A DNA stretch of 64,000 nt from the human T2T-CHM13v2.0 reference genome, Homo sapiens: assembly GCF_009914755.1 (NCBI RefSeq), contig NC_060947.1. One strand, 5' to 3'. The notes under the pieces are model-generated. The model was given only the letters and a program-made list of their open reading frames with translations, searched no databases and was not told the DNA's origin. Below, in pieces: positions 1 through 18,272 of the stretch (position 1 is its first letter; every line of letters begins with the position of its first letter). A program made the position numbers and the translations under genes.

Positions 1-1353
<1,353 letters not shown>

Positions 1354-1632
1354 TAGTGTTTTAAAGATGTCATTTCATATTCTTCTGGTTTGCATAATTT
1401 CTGATGAGAAGTCTGCAGTTTATTTTCTTTCTATTTCTCTCTCTTTTTGCTCCTCTGCAAAGCCAATTCCTCTTGCTATTTTTAATATTTTCTCATTATC
1501 ATTGTTTCATAGGAATTTGATTATGATTTTCCTTGGTATGATTTCCTTAATATTTATTCTATTTGGGACCATTGAGCTTCTCATAGCTGCATATCTGTAT
1601 GTTTATAATTTTCATCCAGTTTAAAAAAAAAG

Positions 1633-1899
1633 TTTTGAGAAAGAGTCTCACTCTGTCACCCAGTCTAAAGTACAGTGACACGATCTTGGCTCACTGCAAC
1701 CTCCGCCTCCCTGGTTCAAGTGATTCTTGTGCCTCAGCCTCCTGAGTAGCTGGAATTACAAGTGCATGCCACCATGCCCAGCTAATTTTTGTATTTTTTG
1801 TAGAGACGGGGTTTTGTCAAAACTCTCGACCTCAAGTGATCCGCCTACCTCGGCTTCCCAAAGTGCTGGGATTACAGGTGTGAGCCACTGTGCCTTGCC
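1633..1899 (-). mobile_element. Alu (internally deleted)
   Basis: Antisense Alu consensus with a gap near 1815. Confidence 0.9.
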
Positions 1900-2685
1900 C
1901 AGTTTTAAAAATTTTGACCATTATTTCTTCAAATATTTTTTTCTGCTACTACCCTTTCTCTCCTCTCCTGAAAGTCAATTTTGAGTATGCTAGACTGCTT
2001 GATATTGTCTCACATGTCAGTGAGGTTGTTTTCCTTTCTTCTTTTTCTTCAGTCTTTTTTTCTGTGTCTGCTGCATTTTGGATAGTTTTTATTGTTATGC
2101 CTTCAAGTTCACTAATTTTTCTTCTGCAGCATCTAATCTGCTATTAATCTCATCTTTGCAGACTTCAAGTACACATCTGTTAGATCATTAATATTGTTTC
2201 TCCCAGGCCACTGAGGCTCGGTTCATTTTTAGCCTTTTTTTTCTCCTTATACTTCAGTTTAGACAGTCTCTATTGCTATTTTTTAGAGTTCATTGACCTT
2301 TTCTTCTGTAGGTTCTAATCTACTGCTAAGTCCATCCAGTGAATATTTCATTTCAAATACTGTATTTTTTAGCTCCAGAAGTTCCATTTGGCGCTTTTTT
2401 AAAAAAATTGTGGTACAACATACAGAACATAAAATTTACTATTATTACCATTTTTAAGTGTCCAGTTCAGTGGCATTAAGTACGTTCACATTGTTATGCA
2501 ACCATCACTGCCATCCATCTCTAGAACTTTTTCATATTCCCAAATTGAAACTCTGTATCCGTTAAACAAAAACACCCAATTTCTCCCTCCCTCCCAGCCC
2601 GTGGCAACTACCAGTTTACTTTCTGTCTCTGTGAATTTGACTATTCTAACTGCTTCATATAAGTGGAATCATACAATATTTGTCA

Positions 2686-3025
<340 letters not shown>

Positions 3026-4023
3026 CTATTTTTCTCCTCTTTATGTTATGTTTTCCTCTAAGTATATTAACATACTTATAATAGCTGTTTAAAGTCCTTG
3101 TCTGCTAATTCCCTCATCTCTGTTGCCTCTGGGTCTATTTCTATTGACTGATTTTTCTCCTGATATGGGTCACATTTTTATGCCTTTTAGCAAGTTTAGT
3201 AATTTTGACTGGATGCTGAACATTATGAATGTTACATTGTTGAGGTCTGGATTTTATTGTCTTCTTTAAGGCATGCTGAGTTTTGTTTTGACACACAATT
3301 AAGTTCCATACAGTTCAGGCTGATCTTTTCATGGCTTATTTTTTAGCTCTCTTATGGCAGGTCTAGAATAGCCTTTCATCTAGGGCGAGTTTAGACCTAT
3401 TATTGAGGCTTAAACTTTCTGGGCTCTACTGAATACCCTGGTGTTTCTCCACTCTGAGTGGTCAGAACTCAAACATCTCCCAGTCCTATGAAAGCTCTGA
3501 GAATTGTTCAGCTAACAGCTCCTTGGTGGTACTCCTTTCTGTGGTAGTTATCCTTTGCCTAATCTTGTGGGGTCTTACCCTATTATGTATGCATTAATTT
3601 ATAGTCAGCCAAAGGAAGTCAGCCGATCATTTTAGCTCTCTCTGCATAGCTCACTCTTCTCTGGTAGTCTTCTTCCCAAATTCCAGCTATCTCAGCTTTC
3701 CTGAACTCCAATCTTCATCTCTTCAACTCAGCAAGACTTCTGTGCTATGCTTGGATTTCCCCTCTCACACTGCATTCTGGAAAGTGCCCCCAGTCAGTAG
3801 GTATCTCTTCATTTGGTTCCTTTCTTTCAGATATTGCAATTCCATGCTGCATGGTGTTCAATGTCTAGAACAAGTTGTTTCATGTATTTTGTCCAGTTTC
3901 TAGTTGTTTACATTAGAAAGGCAAGTCTTGTACTTGTTGCTCCATCATGGTTGACAGAGGAATTTACCCTATCTTTTTTATATAATGCTGGCAATTTAGT
4001 TCCTTTTATACGCTCCCTTCATG

Positions 4024-4741
<718 letters not shown>

Positions 4742-4749
4742 TGTTTTTA

Positions 4750-5070
<321 letters not shown>

Positions 5071-5186
5071 TTACAACCAATTCATCACCAATTTTTGCCA
5101 TATTATTGCCTACATACCTCCACCATCAATTTCTTCCCTCCAATACCATTGCTACTTCTTCAATTGAGGCAATCTGCAGTTTGTAG

Positions 5187-5505
<319 letters not shown>

Positions 5506-5620
5506 TCAGAGTTTTAATAAAAGCTTCACTTTTCTAACATTGTGTCCCTCTGTACCATCTGCCACACAATACTCAGAATATTTGTAAAATACAAATATGA
5601 CCCTATTGTTCTTCAGCTTA

Positions 5621-6536
5621 TGAAACTGCCTTTGCAAAAATTGTAACAATGAGAAAATTATGTCAGTGAAAGACATCTAACCTAACCAACTCCATCTTGC
5701 CTTTAACCTCCAAACTGCCCTTGGTCACTCTTGGGCATGGGCCAAGCTAACTTTGGGAGAAATTTATAGTTTAGATGATAATAGCCCTTCCCAAAACTAA
5801 ACTGCCTTTATAAAACTAATAAAAGGCCACAAATTTAGGATTATGAGAGGGGCCTGAATTCTGCTAAGATGTAGGTATAGCATCTACATCTTAGCTTGTG
5901 ATCAGCTTGTGGCTGGTTAAACTATTACCAGCCATTGTTCTGGAGCTCATAAGATTTGTAGCTCCCCCAATTACTACTATAAATAACATCACTATTATAG
6001 AACCTAAGATTGGCCTTTTGAGACATTTTTTCTGACCTTTGCATTTCTGACAAACAGATGACTCCACTCAGACCCGAGACTCAAGACTCAACTGGTCCTG
6101 TGGCCCCCACTCAGAAGCAGACTCAGTGCACAAGGACCATTTTCCATACCTCTATGATTGCACCTCCAACCAATCAGCAGTACCCATTCCCTAACCCCCT
6201 GCCTGCCAAACTGTCTTTAAAAAACCCTAGCCTCTGAATGTTCAGAGAGGCTGATTTGAGTAATAATAAAACCCTAGTCAAGGCGGAGGTTGCAGTGAAC
6301 TGAGATTGCACCACTGTACTCCAGGCTGGGCAACAAAGTGAGACTCTGTCTCAAAACACACACACACACGCACACACACACACACACAAAAACACACACA
6401 CACACACACACACACAAACCCAGTCTTCTGTTTAGCCAGCTCTACATGTATGAAACTCTTTCTCTATTGCAGTTCCTCTGTCTTGATAAATTGGCTCTAT
6501 CTGGGCAGTGGGCAAGATGAACCTGTTGTTGGTTAC
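5621..6536 (+). mobile_element. ERV1 solo LTR, LTR8 family
   Basis: Starts TGAAACTGCCTTTGCAAAAATT and ends GGTTACA; contains a truncated Alu. Confidence 0.8.
6280..6417 (+). mobile_element. 5'-truncated Alu with (CA)n microsatellite tail
   Basis: Only the last ~70 nt of the right arm, then (CA)n; TSD AAACCCTAGTC/AAACCCAGTC. Confidence 0.85.
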
Positions 6537-7021
6537 ACATAAACCTTACAGTGGCTTCTCACTGCCTGTGATAAAGTCTGTTCTCTTCAGCTTAGTTTAT
6601 GAGGTCGTTCCTTTAGGGTCCCAAACTAGATATGAACATCTCTTCCTGCCCCACCCTTCTTCCCTTTACCCTCCAACAACACTAAACTACTGGTAGTTCC
6701 TTAAACACTGTGTCAATTCAAGGGCTCTGAAAAGCAGGGGCAATGACAGACGTAGATGCACATGAGGTTTATTCAGGGAAACACCTCAAAAGGATAAAGG
6801 GCAGAGGGAGCAGGAATATACAGACAGAGCCTTCAAACTGTGATAGAGTTCTAACACCTGTGAAAGAAGAAAAGGATAGAAGGAAGAACTGGATAGGAGG
6901 AGCTTAGGTTGCAGTACAGCTCTCTGAGAAAGTCTTTGTCAGGCAGGTTGAGAGCCCCAGGGTAAACATTGACCACTAGGGAATCCCTCATCAGCAAGAA
7001 ATGGCTCAGTTCTAGAACTCC

Positions 7022-7866
7022 TGTCAGAGGCAACCTAACCAGAGTGACTGCATCTTGAAAACAGGTGGGATAAAGCCAAACCTGCTGGGCTACATTCCCA
7101 GGGAATTGGACACTCTTGGTCACAAGATGTTTATGGTCAAGGGAATGAGTTAATGATGCTGACTAAATAAAGAACCAGAGCTTATGCAAATGTCCAAATA
7201 TTTTAAGAACAAAAAGCAGCCGGGCAGGCACAGTGGCTCACGCCTGTAATCCCAGCGCTTTGGGGAGCTGAGCGGGCGGATCACCTGAGGTCAGGAGTTC
7301 GAGACCATCCAGGCCAACATGGCGAAACCCTGTCTCTACTAAAAATACAAAAATTAGCCGGGTGTGGTGGCAGGCACCTGTAATCCCAGCTACTTGGGAG
7401 GCTGAGGCAGGAGAATCGCTTGAACCCAGAGGCAGAGGTTGCAGTGAGCCATGATCAGGCCACTGCACTCCAGCCTGGGCAACAGAGTGAGACTCTGTCT
7501 CAAAAACAAGAACAGAAAGCATTCTTAGTTTAAGAATAGGTTTTGTTTTGAAGATAATAGTACACTTGGAAATTCTTGTTGAAATCAATAGTGACATAGG
7601 AAAATAATGATACTAATAGCCTAGCACAAGCTGATCGCAAGCTTTTGTAATAAAGTACACTATTCTTAACAGCCTATATAAGCAAGTACCATGCTTAAGA
7701 TGGGGGAGTTTCTCCTCTTGCTTTCTGAGGATGCCCTACTCTGTAACAGAGTAATCTCTAATAAACTATCTTAACTTCACTATACTCTGCGACTCACCCT
7801 GAATTCTTTCCTGTGTGAGATCCAAGACCTCATGGGGTTTGGGGCAAGACCCCTTTTCCAGTGACA
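7022..7866 (+). mobile_element. ERV1 solo LTR, MER41 family
   Basis: TGTCAGAGGC...CCAGTGACA with 4-bp TSD CTCC; contains an Alu. Confidence 0.8.
7218..7508 (+). mobile_element. AluS
   Basis: Full Alu, TSD AAGAACAAAAAGC/AAGAACAGAAAGC. Confidence 0.92.
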
Positions 7867-9336
7867 CTCCTGCCATGCTACGTCATTGGCTGGGAGTAAA
7901 GCAGAAAAAATTTGGCCTCAGCATGAATGCAGTGGCAGATCCTGAAAGTGAGGTATCTGGAAGCTGTTGACCAACTACACTTCCTATAGCAGGTTTTCTT
8001 GAAGGGAGATCTTAGGAGCATGTTCACCTCCATGGCTACCTAGTGTGATTTTTCCCACTTCTTTGTCTTTGCTAACACAGTTTCTGCTATTTGAGATGCC
8101 TGACCTCCCCGTCTATTTCCCCCGAGACATGCATACTTATCTTTCAGGACTGACTTACCAGTCAGTCTTCCAAGAAGCCTTCCCTGACTGTCTATCCCAG
8201 CCCCCATTAGATGTCCCACCTTATACATAGTTTTATCATAGCACTTAGCATTCATATTGTAATTGTCCTTCACGTATTTTGTCCCTTGCCCTTTATTGTG
8301 AGAAACCATTTCTTTGTATCTCCAGTACCTCATTCAGTGCCTGAAACATGGTAGGTGCCGAATTGTACTTTACCTTTACATTATTGCACTTCATCAGCGT
8401 TGCTCCACAAATGCCAGAAAGTACGTGTCCAAATGAAATTATTCTCTATCAATAGGCTATAGAGGTCACCGTCCTTAATGCAGTCCTTTATTCATACAGT
8501 TTCCATTTTGTATTATATTTGTTCCTGTGAGAATCCATTGATAATCTCTGACAAACTGATTTACATTACAGTAAGTGGCACCCCCACTCTGACATTATTT
8601 GCATTTAAAAAAGTGAAGTCTGAAAGGGGGAATTCCTTTTGCCAAAGAGGAATTTCAAGCATCTGCTGCTGGTCACTGAGGTGAATTTTTTTGAAGGGGC
8701 CAGAGGCCGTTTCAGGGAGCAACTACCAAATCATCCCATAGAAGGAGGTGATTTTATTTTGGTCATAACTAGCGACAAGAACTATCTTGAAGACTTGAGC
8801 AAAGTCCCTAAGGAGGCCTGAATTTGGAAAGACAATGGGAGTGACCGCACTAGCATTTAAAGAGACATTTTTCGTTTTCCATTTTCCATAGCTAAATGCT
8901 GTGGTTGAATCTCTGCCCCTTCCCCCCATGTTTTTGTGTGAGAGAAATTCTGCTTCTGCTAGCAGTGCCTGGGATTCTGTCCAAACAGTGTGCTGTCAGC
9001 AGCATCAGCCAGCAGGAACGCATAATCCTCCCACCCTTTGGTTTTAGTGGGTAATGTTAACTAAGAAAATACTCCAGATTTTTCTTGTTCTCATGGTGTA
9101 ACTCACTCACTTCAGACATGCCCCCTTCTCCAGTAGTTGCCCCCTATACTTGAGGAAATTTTTGTGTTTTTTTTTGGCAATACAATAGCCAATTCAGGAA
9201 ACTAGTCAGCATCTCCCAGGACAAAAAGGCAGCTTTTCAGACTGCAATGTCACTTTCTTTCATTACTGTCATTCCTTGGGTCAAAGGGGCACAATGACCT
9301 CAAGTTTTTAAGTTTTTAACATTTCTGAGATCGAAT

Positions 9337-9886
9337 TGTTACAGGAAAGGGGTCCCGATCCAGATCCCAAGAGAGGGTTCTTAAATCTCGTGCAAGAAAG
9401 AATTCAGGCTGAATCCATACAGTAAAGTGAAAGCGAGTTTATTAAGAAAGGAGAGGAGTAAAAGAATGGCTACTCCGTAGAGCAGCCGCAAGGTCTGCTG
9501 GTTGCCCATTTTTTATGGTTATTTCTTGATATATGCTAAACTAGGGGTGGATTATTCATGCCTCCCCTTTTTAGACAATATGGGGTAACTTCCTGATGTT
9601 GCCATGGCATTTGTAAACTGGAATGGTGCTGGTGGGAGTGTAGCAGTGAGGACGACCAGAGGTCACTCTCGTTGCCATCTTGGTTTTGGTGGATTTTAGC
9701 TGGCTTCTTTACTGCAACTTGTTTTATCAGCAAGGTCTTGATGACACATATCTTTTGCTGACCTCCTATCTCATCCTGAGACTTAGAATGCCTTACCCAT
9801 CTGGGAATGTGGCCCAGTAGGTCTCAGCCTCGTTTTACCCAGCCCCTATTTAAGATGGGGTTGCTCTGGTTCACATGCCACTGACA
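9337..9886 (-). mobile_element. ERV1 solo LTR, MER41A-type
   Basis: TGTTACAGGAAAGGGGTCCCGATCC...CTGACA; lacks the tandem-GAS segment of MER41B. Confidence 0.85.
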
Positions 9887-10103
9887 ACACTATGCTACAA
9901 TCTAGTTCAAGCCAACAAAATTTATTGAAGATTTATTATATGCCAAACTCTATGATGTACATAGAGCAGAAAGATTTAATTTGGCCAAAGCATACTGAGG
10001 CTCACATGGAACTGGCACTAAGGCTATAAAGAATAAATCATGGCCCCTACCTTAATTAGCTCAGTGTGGTCAGAGAGACAGTCTACAATTAGAAAATGTG
10101 ATA

Positions 10104-10425
10104 GGCCGGGCGCGGTGGCTCACGCCTGTAATCCCAGCACTTTGGGAGGCCGAGGTAGGTGGATCACCTGAGGTCAGGAGTTTAAGACCAGCCTGGCCAA
10201 CATGGCAAAACCCCGTCTCTACTAAAAATACAAAAATTAGCTGGGCATGGTGGTGGGTGCTTGTGATCCCAGCTACTCGGGAGGCTGAGGCAGGAGAATC
10301 GCTTGAACCCCTGGGAGGCAGAGGTTGCAGTGAGCCGAGAGAGACTGCACCACTGCACTCCAGCCTGGGCAACAGAGCAAGACTCCATCTCAGAAAAAAG
10401 AAAAAAAAAAGAAAGAAAGAAAGGA
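10104..10425 (+). mobile_element. AluS
   Basis: Full Alu, TSD AATGTGATA. Confidence 0.92.
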
Positions 10426-10615
10426 AACAATGTGATAAGCACTATAGTGGAAGTACAGACGAAGAAACAATACAATTTTGTTTGGGGAATGAGACTTTAA
10501 AGTTCCTTACACAGCACTGTAATAGCTTTCAGATCCTTTGCCTTATCCCACAGTAAGTAATCCACATTTTTAATTGATGTTTTTATTGAGATAATTGTGG
10601 ATTCACATGTAGTTG

Positions 10616-11309
10616 TGTTATGTAGCTAGCTAGTCAGACATAAACAAGGCAGGAGAGGGCCTTCCCAACCAGGAATGTCAGGTAACCATCAGGTGAGGGT
10701 CAGGCAGTTGTGAACCGTCTCTCTAAAATAATAATTGGTTGCAGCCAGTGCCAGGGAAAGGCAGTCTCCCTACAGAGAGGAAAAACCTGAAACTGGTGAT
10801 CAGTAGTGTCCCAATAAGATCTCAGAAGCTGGGCGAATGGGCTCAAGCATGCACACAAAATGGCAGAGTTTAACTGGTATATATGACTTCCTAGGGACAT
10901 TTGGCTGGTAAGGGAATAATGCCTCAAGTGAGCATGCATACAACTCCAGTAAACACACGGTGCATGCTCCTCTCCCAAGTGCTGGGAAGAATCAGGGGAG
11001 AAGGGATGCAAGACCCTGGAAGTATGCCAACATATAAAGCCCCAAGTCAAAAGGTCAAAGCACGCACTTGTCTTTCAAGTCATCCGCTTGGTCCTCTTTC
11101 AAGTGTTCTTTCCTTCCTTTTGTTCCTACTCTAAAGCTTTTTCAAGTGTACTTTCCTTCCTTTTGTTCCTACTCTAAAGCTTTTTTCACTCCTGCTCTAA
11201 AACTTGCCTTGGTCTCTCCTTTTGCCTATGTCCCTGAGTCAAATTCTTTCTTCTGAGGAGGCAAGAATTGAGGTTGCTGCAGACCCATACGGATTTGCTG
11301 CCAATAACA
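10616..11309 (+). mobile_element. ERV1 solo LTR, MER50-like
   Basis: TG...CA ends with TSD GTTG; CCAGGAATGTCAGG...ACCATCAGGTGA motif. Confidence 0.75.
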
Positions 11310-11407
11310 GTTGTAAGAAATAATATAGAGCGATCCTTATACATTTTGTTCAGTTTCCCTCCAATGTTAACATTTTGGCAAACTATACTGTCATATCACA
11401 ACTAGGA

Positions 11408-11685
11408 TTTTCTTTTTCCAAGAGTTAGGGCCTTGCTCTGTTATCCAGGCTGGAGTGCAGTGGTACAATCATAGCTCACTGCAGCCTCCAACTCCTGGCC
11501 TCAAGCATCCCAAGTAGCTGAGACTACAGGTATGCACCACCATACCCAGCTAAGTTTAAAAAAAATTTTTTTAGAGACGAGGTCTCACTATATTGCCCAA
11601 GCTAGTCTCAAACTCCTGGCCTCAAGCAATCCTCCTGTCTCAGCCCAAAGTGCTGGGATTACAGGCATGAGCCACTGCACCTGGC
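11408..11685 (-). mobile_element. AluJ
   Basis: Diverged antisense Alu (ATCATAGCTCACTGCAGCCTC). Confidence 0.88.
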
Positions 11686-11812
11686 ACAACAATTAGGATA
11701 TTGATATTGATACAATACCCTGAACCTTTTCAGATTTCTCTAGTTTTACTTGTACTCATGTATGTGTATCTGTGTATGTATGTTTGTGTGTTGTGTGTGT
11801 AAGTTCTAAACT

Positions 11813-12124
<312 letters not shown>

Positions 12125-13321
12125 TAAACAATTTTATCACTTGCGTAGGCTCATGTATCCACATCATTATCCCTCACAGTCAAGATACAGACCATTTCCA
12201 TCACTATAATGATCCCTCCTCTTGCCCTTTTATAATTATACCCACCTCCCTCTCACCCCCATTCCCCAACCACCTGCAACCACTAATCTGTTCTATGTTT
12301 TGAAAATGTTGTCATTTCAAAAAATGTTACATAAATGGGATCACACAAACCTTTTGGGTTTGGCTTCTTTTCATTCTGCATAATTCTCTGGAGATTGATC
12401 CAGGTTGTTGTGAGTATCGATAGTTTGATCCTTTTTATTGTTAAGTAGTAATAAAATACTACACAGCATAGAATTCCATGGTGTGGCATTGTTTGTTTAA
12501 CCATTCATCTGTTGAAGAACAGCTGGGCTGATTCTAGTTTTAGGCTGTTACAGATAATGCTTCTAAGAACATTTGTGAGTTTTGTTTGGACATGAGTCTT
12601 CATTTCTTTGGGATAAGTGTTCCGGAATACAATTACTGGGTTGTATGGCAGTTGTATATTTAGTGTTTAAAGAAACTGACAAACTGTTTTCCAAAGTGGC
12701 TATATCATTTTTGTATTCCCACCAGTAATCTATGAGTGATCTACTTTCTCCGCATCCTCCCCAGCATTTGGTGTTGTCAGTCTTTTTAATTTGTATCCAG
12801 TCAGATATATGTGTAGTGATATCTCAGTGTGTGTTAATTTGTATTTCTCTAATGGCTAATCATGTTCAACGTCTTTTTATGTGCCTGTTTGCCATCTGTA
12901 TATCCTCTTCAGTGAAGTGTCTCTTCATGTCTTTTGCCTGTTTTCCAGTTGAATTGTTTGTTCTCTTACTGTTGGGTTTGAGAGTTGTTAAAAAAGATGT
13001 TCTAGATGGTAGTCCTTTGTCAAATATGTGGTTCGCAAATATTTTCTCCCAGGCTGTAACTTGTCTTTTTATTCTCTTCACTTGGGCTTTCACAGAACAA
13101 AAGTTTTTTTAATTTCAGTGAGGTGCAGTTTATCAATGTTTCCTTTTATAGCTTATGCTTTTGGTATCAAGTCTAAGACTCTGCCTAGCTCTAGATCCAG
13201 AGGATCATCTCCTATTTTTTTTCTGTAAAAGGCACTTCATGAAAGCCTGTTACTAATTTCAGAGAAATCACACCAGAGCTTAGGGAAAGACAGGCAGTAA
13301 GCTCGAATTTAATAACAACAC

Positions 13322-13777
13322 TGTATTAGTCAGCTTGGGTTGCCATAATAAAATACCACAGACTGGGTAGCTTAAACAACAGAAATTTATTTTCTCACAG
13401 TTCTGAAGGCTACAAGTTCAAGATCAAGGTGCCATCAGGATTGGTTTCTAGTGATGCCTCTCTTTCTGGCTGGTAGATAGCGGCCCTTCTTGTAATGTCC
13501 TCAACCTGGCCTTTCCTCTGTGTGCATGAAGAGAAAGAGAGAGACAAAGAGAGAGATAGAGAGTCAGAGAGAGAGACAGAGAGAGTGAGAGAGAGCACTC
13601 TGGTTTCTCTTCCTTTTCACATAAGGCACACGTCCTGTGGGATTAGGGCCCCACCCTTATGACCTCATTTAACCTTAATTACTTCCCTAAAAGGCCCTAT
13701 CTCCAAATACAGTCACATTGAGGATTAGGGCTTCACCATATGAATTTGGGAGTGGGGGCACAATTCAATCCATAACA
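13322..13777 (-). mobile_element. MaLR solo LTR (MLT1A/B group) with internal (GA)n
   Basis: TGTATTAGTC...CCATAACA with exact 5-bp TSD AACAC. Confidence 0.82.
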
Positions 13778-14264
13778 AACACTTGCAGTTACAGAGCACT
13801 GACAGAGCTTCTTTGGACCATCTGTGCTGGTTCCCACAGCCAGCACTATGTGCGGGCATAGGTGCCAATTATGTGCTCATCTGCTTCGTGTGTTCCTATT
13901 CCCTTCTCCCTCCCTGGTTTTCTGGGAATCACCCCTGCCCCTCCCACTTTGGTAATGAGGTTATTACCCTAAGAACTACTAACTTAGTACAGTGTGCCCA
14001 TGGCACCCTGAGGACAGTTGATGAATCCAGGAAAGGGATTAGAGGCAAGCTGTACCAATCACAATCCTTCTCTGGAAATTGTGGCTTTTATTATTTTTTT
14101 CATTTTTGGTATTGTCTATAGAGACTCTTAACACTTAAACTCACTTTAGCTCTTCTATCTAACTAAGGAAATCTAAATTTGTGGGCCTTTGGTGGAGGCC
14201 ATTTTCTGTCATATAGACTAGGAAACAGGGATGACAGGGTTGCTGTAAGAAAGAAAATGGAGCA

Positions 14265-14599
<335 letters not shown>

Positions 14600-14728
14600 C
14601 TAGCCCTAACTTCTTTCCCGCTTTATCCTGCCCTTGTGTTTTATGAAACACCCAGGAATAAATTGCCCTTTTTGCTTTAAGGAAGTTGAAGGAGTAGGAA
14701 ACGATGGGGAAGAAAAAGAAACCTCACT

Positions 14729-15587
<859 letters not shown>

Positions 15588-15679
15588 CACTGAACTCCCG
15601 TCCCATCTCTTTTCCCTGCCTATCCCAGTGACACTTTTAGTACCTTTAAAACTAACCTTCTAAGTTAGCATATTCTATA

Positions 15680-15842
15680 GAGCACCTCTTTCCAATAAAA
15701 TATAATGCAAGCCACATATGTAGTTTTCAGTTTTCTGGCAGCCACATTTCAAAAAGTAAAAAGAAACAGGTTAAATTTTAATATTTTATTTAACTCAGTA
15801 TAACTACAGTATTATCATTTCAACATGTAATCATTTCAACAT
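15680..15842. mobile_element. hAT DNA transposon fossil, MER33-like fragment
   Basis: TCCAATAAAATATAATGCAAGCCACATATGTA...TCATTTCAACATGTAATC. Confidence 0.65.
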
Positions 15843-17796
15843 GCACTCTGAATTTTAAAAATTACCTCAGGTGATTATCATTCAAAAGGTTTGGCAAATA
15901 GGATTATCCATTGCCTCAAGAGCCTTAGAAATTCCTCTGGGAAGTAGAAGCTGAAAGAGGAAGGGTCACCAGCCAGGCTAAACTCTGGGCTTTAATGGGG
16001 CTTCTTTGTGGCAGCTCTGAGCTCTGGGAACCAGGGCAACCATGTGAGAATTCCAGGTTTCAACTTGTAACCAACTTGACCACCTCTCTAAATAAGTCTG
16101 ATTCTCATTAACCACTAAGAGCTAAGAGTAGAGACTCTCTTCCTCATGAACATCATCTATCTGTCTGTGCATCTGTTTGTTCATCCATCTGTCTACATAT
16201 CTACTTTATCTACTATCTAATCTTTTGATGGGCTCTAGTGTCAGAAATCTCTGTATTTTTATCTGTGCCTCTTGTTAGCTCTGGGACTTTGGGCAAATTC
16301 AACTTCTCTGAGTTCCTCTTTTTACACCTTAAAAATGGGCATAATAATGTTACTACCTGCCTACCAATCATAGAATGAGGATTAAATGAGTCAAGTATTT
16401 TTAAATGTGAGGATGAAAGGCACAGTGGCCTATGTTAAGCGTTCCATGAATGGTGGCCACTATTATGCAGAGATCTCCTCTCTGCAGGACTAATAGCTTT
16501 CTAACAGCTAATGGGAAGAACAGAAAAGGCCACATACAAGAGATTAAGAAACAGAGACACTTCAAATTTTGATGTGTTACAATACCTAAGGCTTAGCACA
16601 AAACTTCCATGGGTTTCCACGTAAAGACCAAAATAAAATTAAGGTCCTTTCCTTGTCTTAGCATCTATTTGCATTGTAAATTTTAGCTTGGGCTATTCAA
16701 ATGAAATTCTTCTTGTGCAGTTGGTCTTTCTCTTTCTGCAGCTCTTTTAACATTTTCATTGAACACACCTACTTTCCATTCTCTCTACAAGTCACGAGCC
16801 TTTGCTTCTGTCATTCTAAGTGATTTTCTTCTGGAGCATACATAAGTAATTTTAAACAGTGGCCCTGGAAACGGCTTTTACTGTGAGAAAAAACTTCTAA
16901 GGTGATATGTAAGTAGGTTTAGCTGGAGTCCACCCACATCCCCACAGAGCTAAATCCCCCTGTTACAGTAGAAAGGAGGACTTCAGAAAGAGAAATAAAC
17001 TGCAGAAATTTCAAACTAAAAGGGACTTTAGAAAACATTTAACACAATTTTTCCTAAATATTGCACCACCAAGCACCTGCCCAGCCCACACTTGCACAGT
17101 AGCCCTCATTATGTTGCAATATGGTTGGTAGTGTGCCTATCTTGTCTGCTACCTTCTGAGATTGTGAAAAGAGGGATCAAGTCTTACTCATCTGAACCCC
17201 CAGCACCATACTTGATACATAGTAGGTAGTGAGTAAATGTCTGATAAATGAGTGAAAATGCTTTGGGACTTGTAACAATCTATTTCTAAAAGATCCATTA
17301 ATAAAAGATCAGAGTGAGGTCTTTATGTCCCATCATTTTTGCTTTCCAGGGGTTGTCTTTGTTCTCTGTTATGGTTTTACACTTCCTGGGGCTCAGTTTC
17401 TGTAACATGTGGCTGACATTTTAAGTGGCATTTAAAATGTGGCTGACTGAGGTCCCAGGCATAATGTGAAACATAATTATCTGGTGAGGATTTCAAAGTA
17501 CTACAGAATTAAAAATTCTCAACCTATCGCATCTTTAGAATGGCCATTTTCACTACCAAGTGGAGAGAACCTGCCTGAGAATGAAGCTTACACAGAGGAA
17601 ATCAATATTAAGTGAAGGAGAGAAAGGTGTCTTTCTGATGACATCATCTGAGTACCTGGATCCAGCCATACTTGAATGAAGTCAGTACACCTGCACTTTT
17701 CTCTTATATGAGCTGATATATTGGCTTTCCATTTAAGCCAGATCAAGTTAGGCTTTGGTCACCTGTCACCAAAAGAACATTGATGAATAAACATCA

Positions 17797-18159
<363 letters not shown>

Positions 18160-18221
18160 TTACTGTTGTAATCATAAAAAAAAAAAAGAAGGACTTCGTG
18201 GCTGGTAGACTATAACAGAAC

Positions 18222-18272
18222 AGTATAGTATAGTACAGTACAGTACAGTATAGTATAGTATAGTTTAGTATA
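18222..18272. repeat. (TAGTA/CAGTA)n pentanucleotide microsatellite
   Basis: About 10 tandem units read directly. Confidence 0.9.

Larger units (their letters stand above)
6710..8040 (-). mobile_element. Old ERVL solo LTR (LTR16 group), split by a MER41-type LTR
   Basis: Resembles the element at 44513-45310; continuous across the CTCC TSD. Confidence 0.5.
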
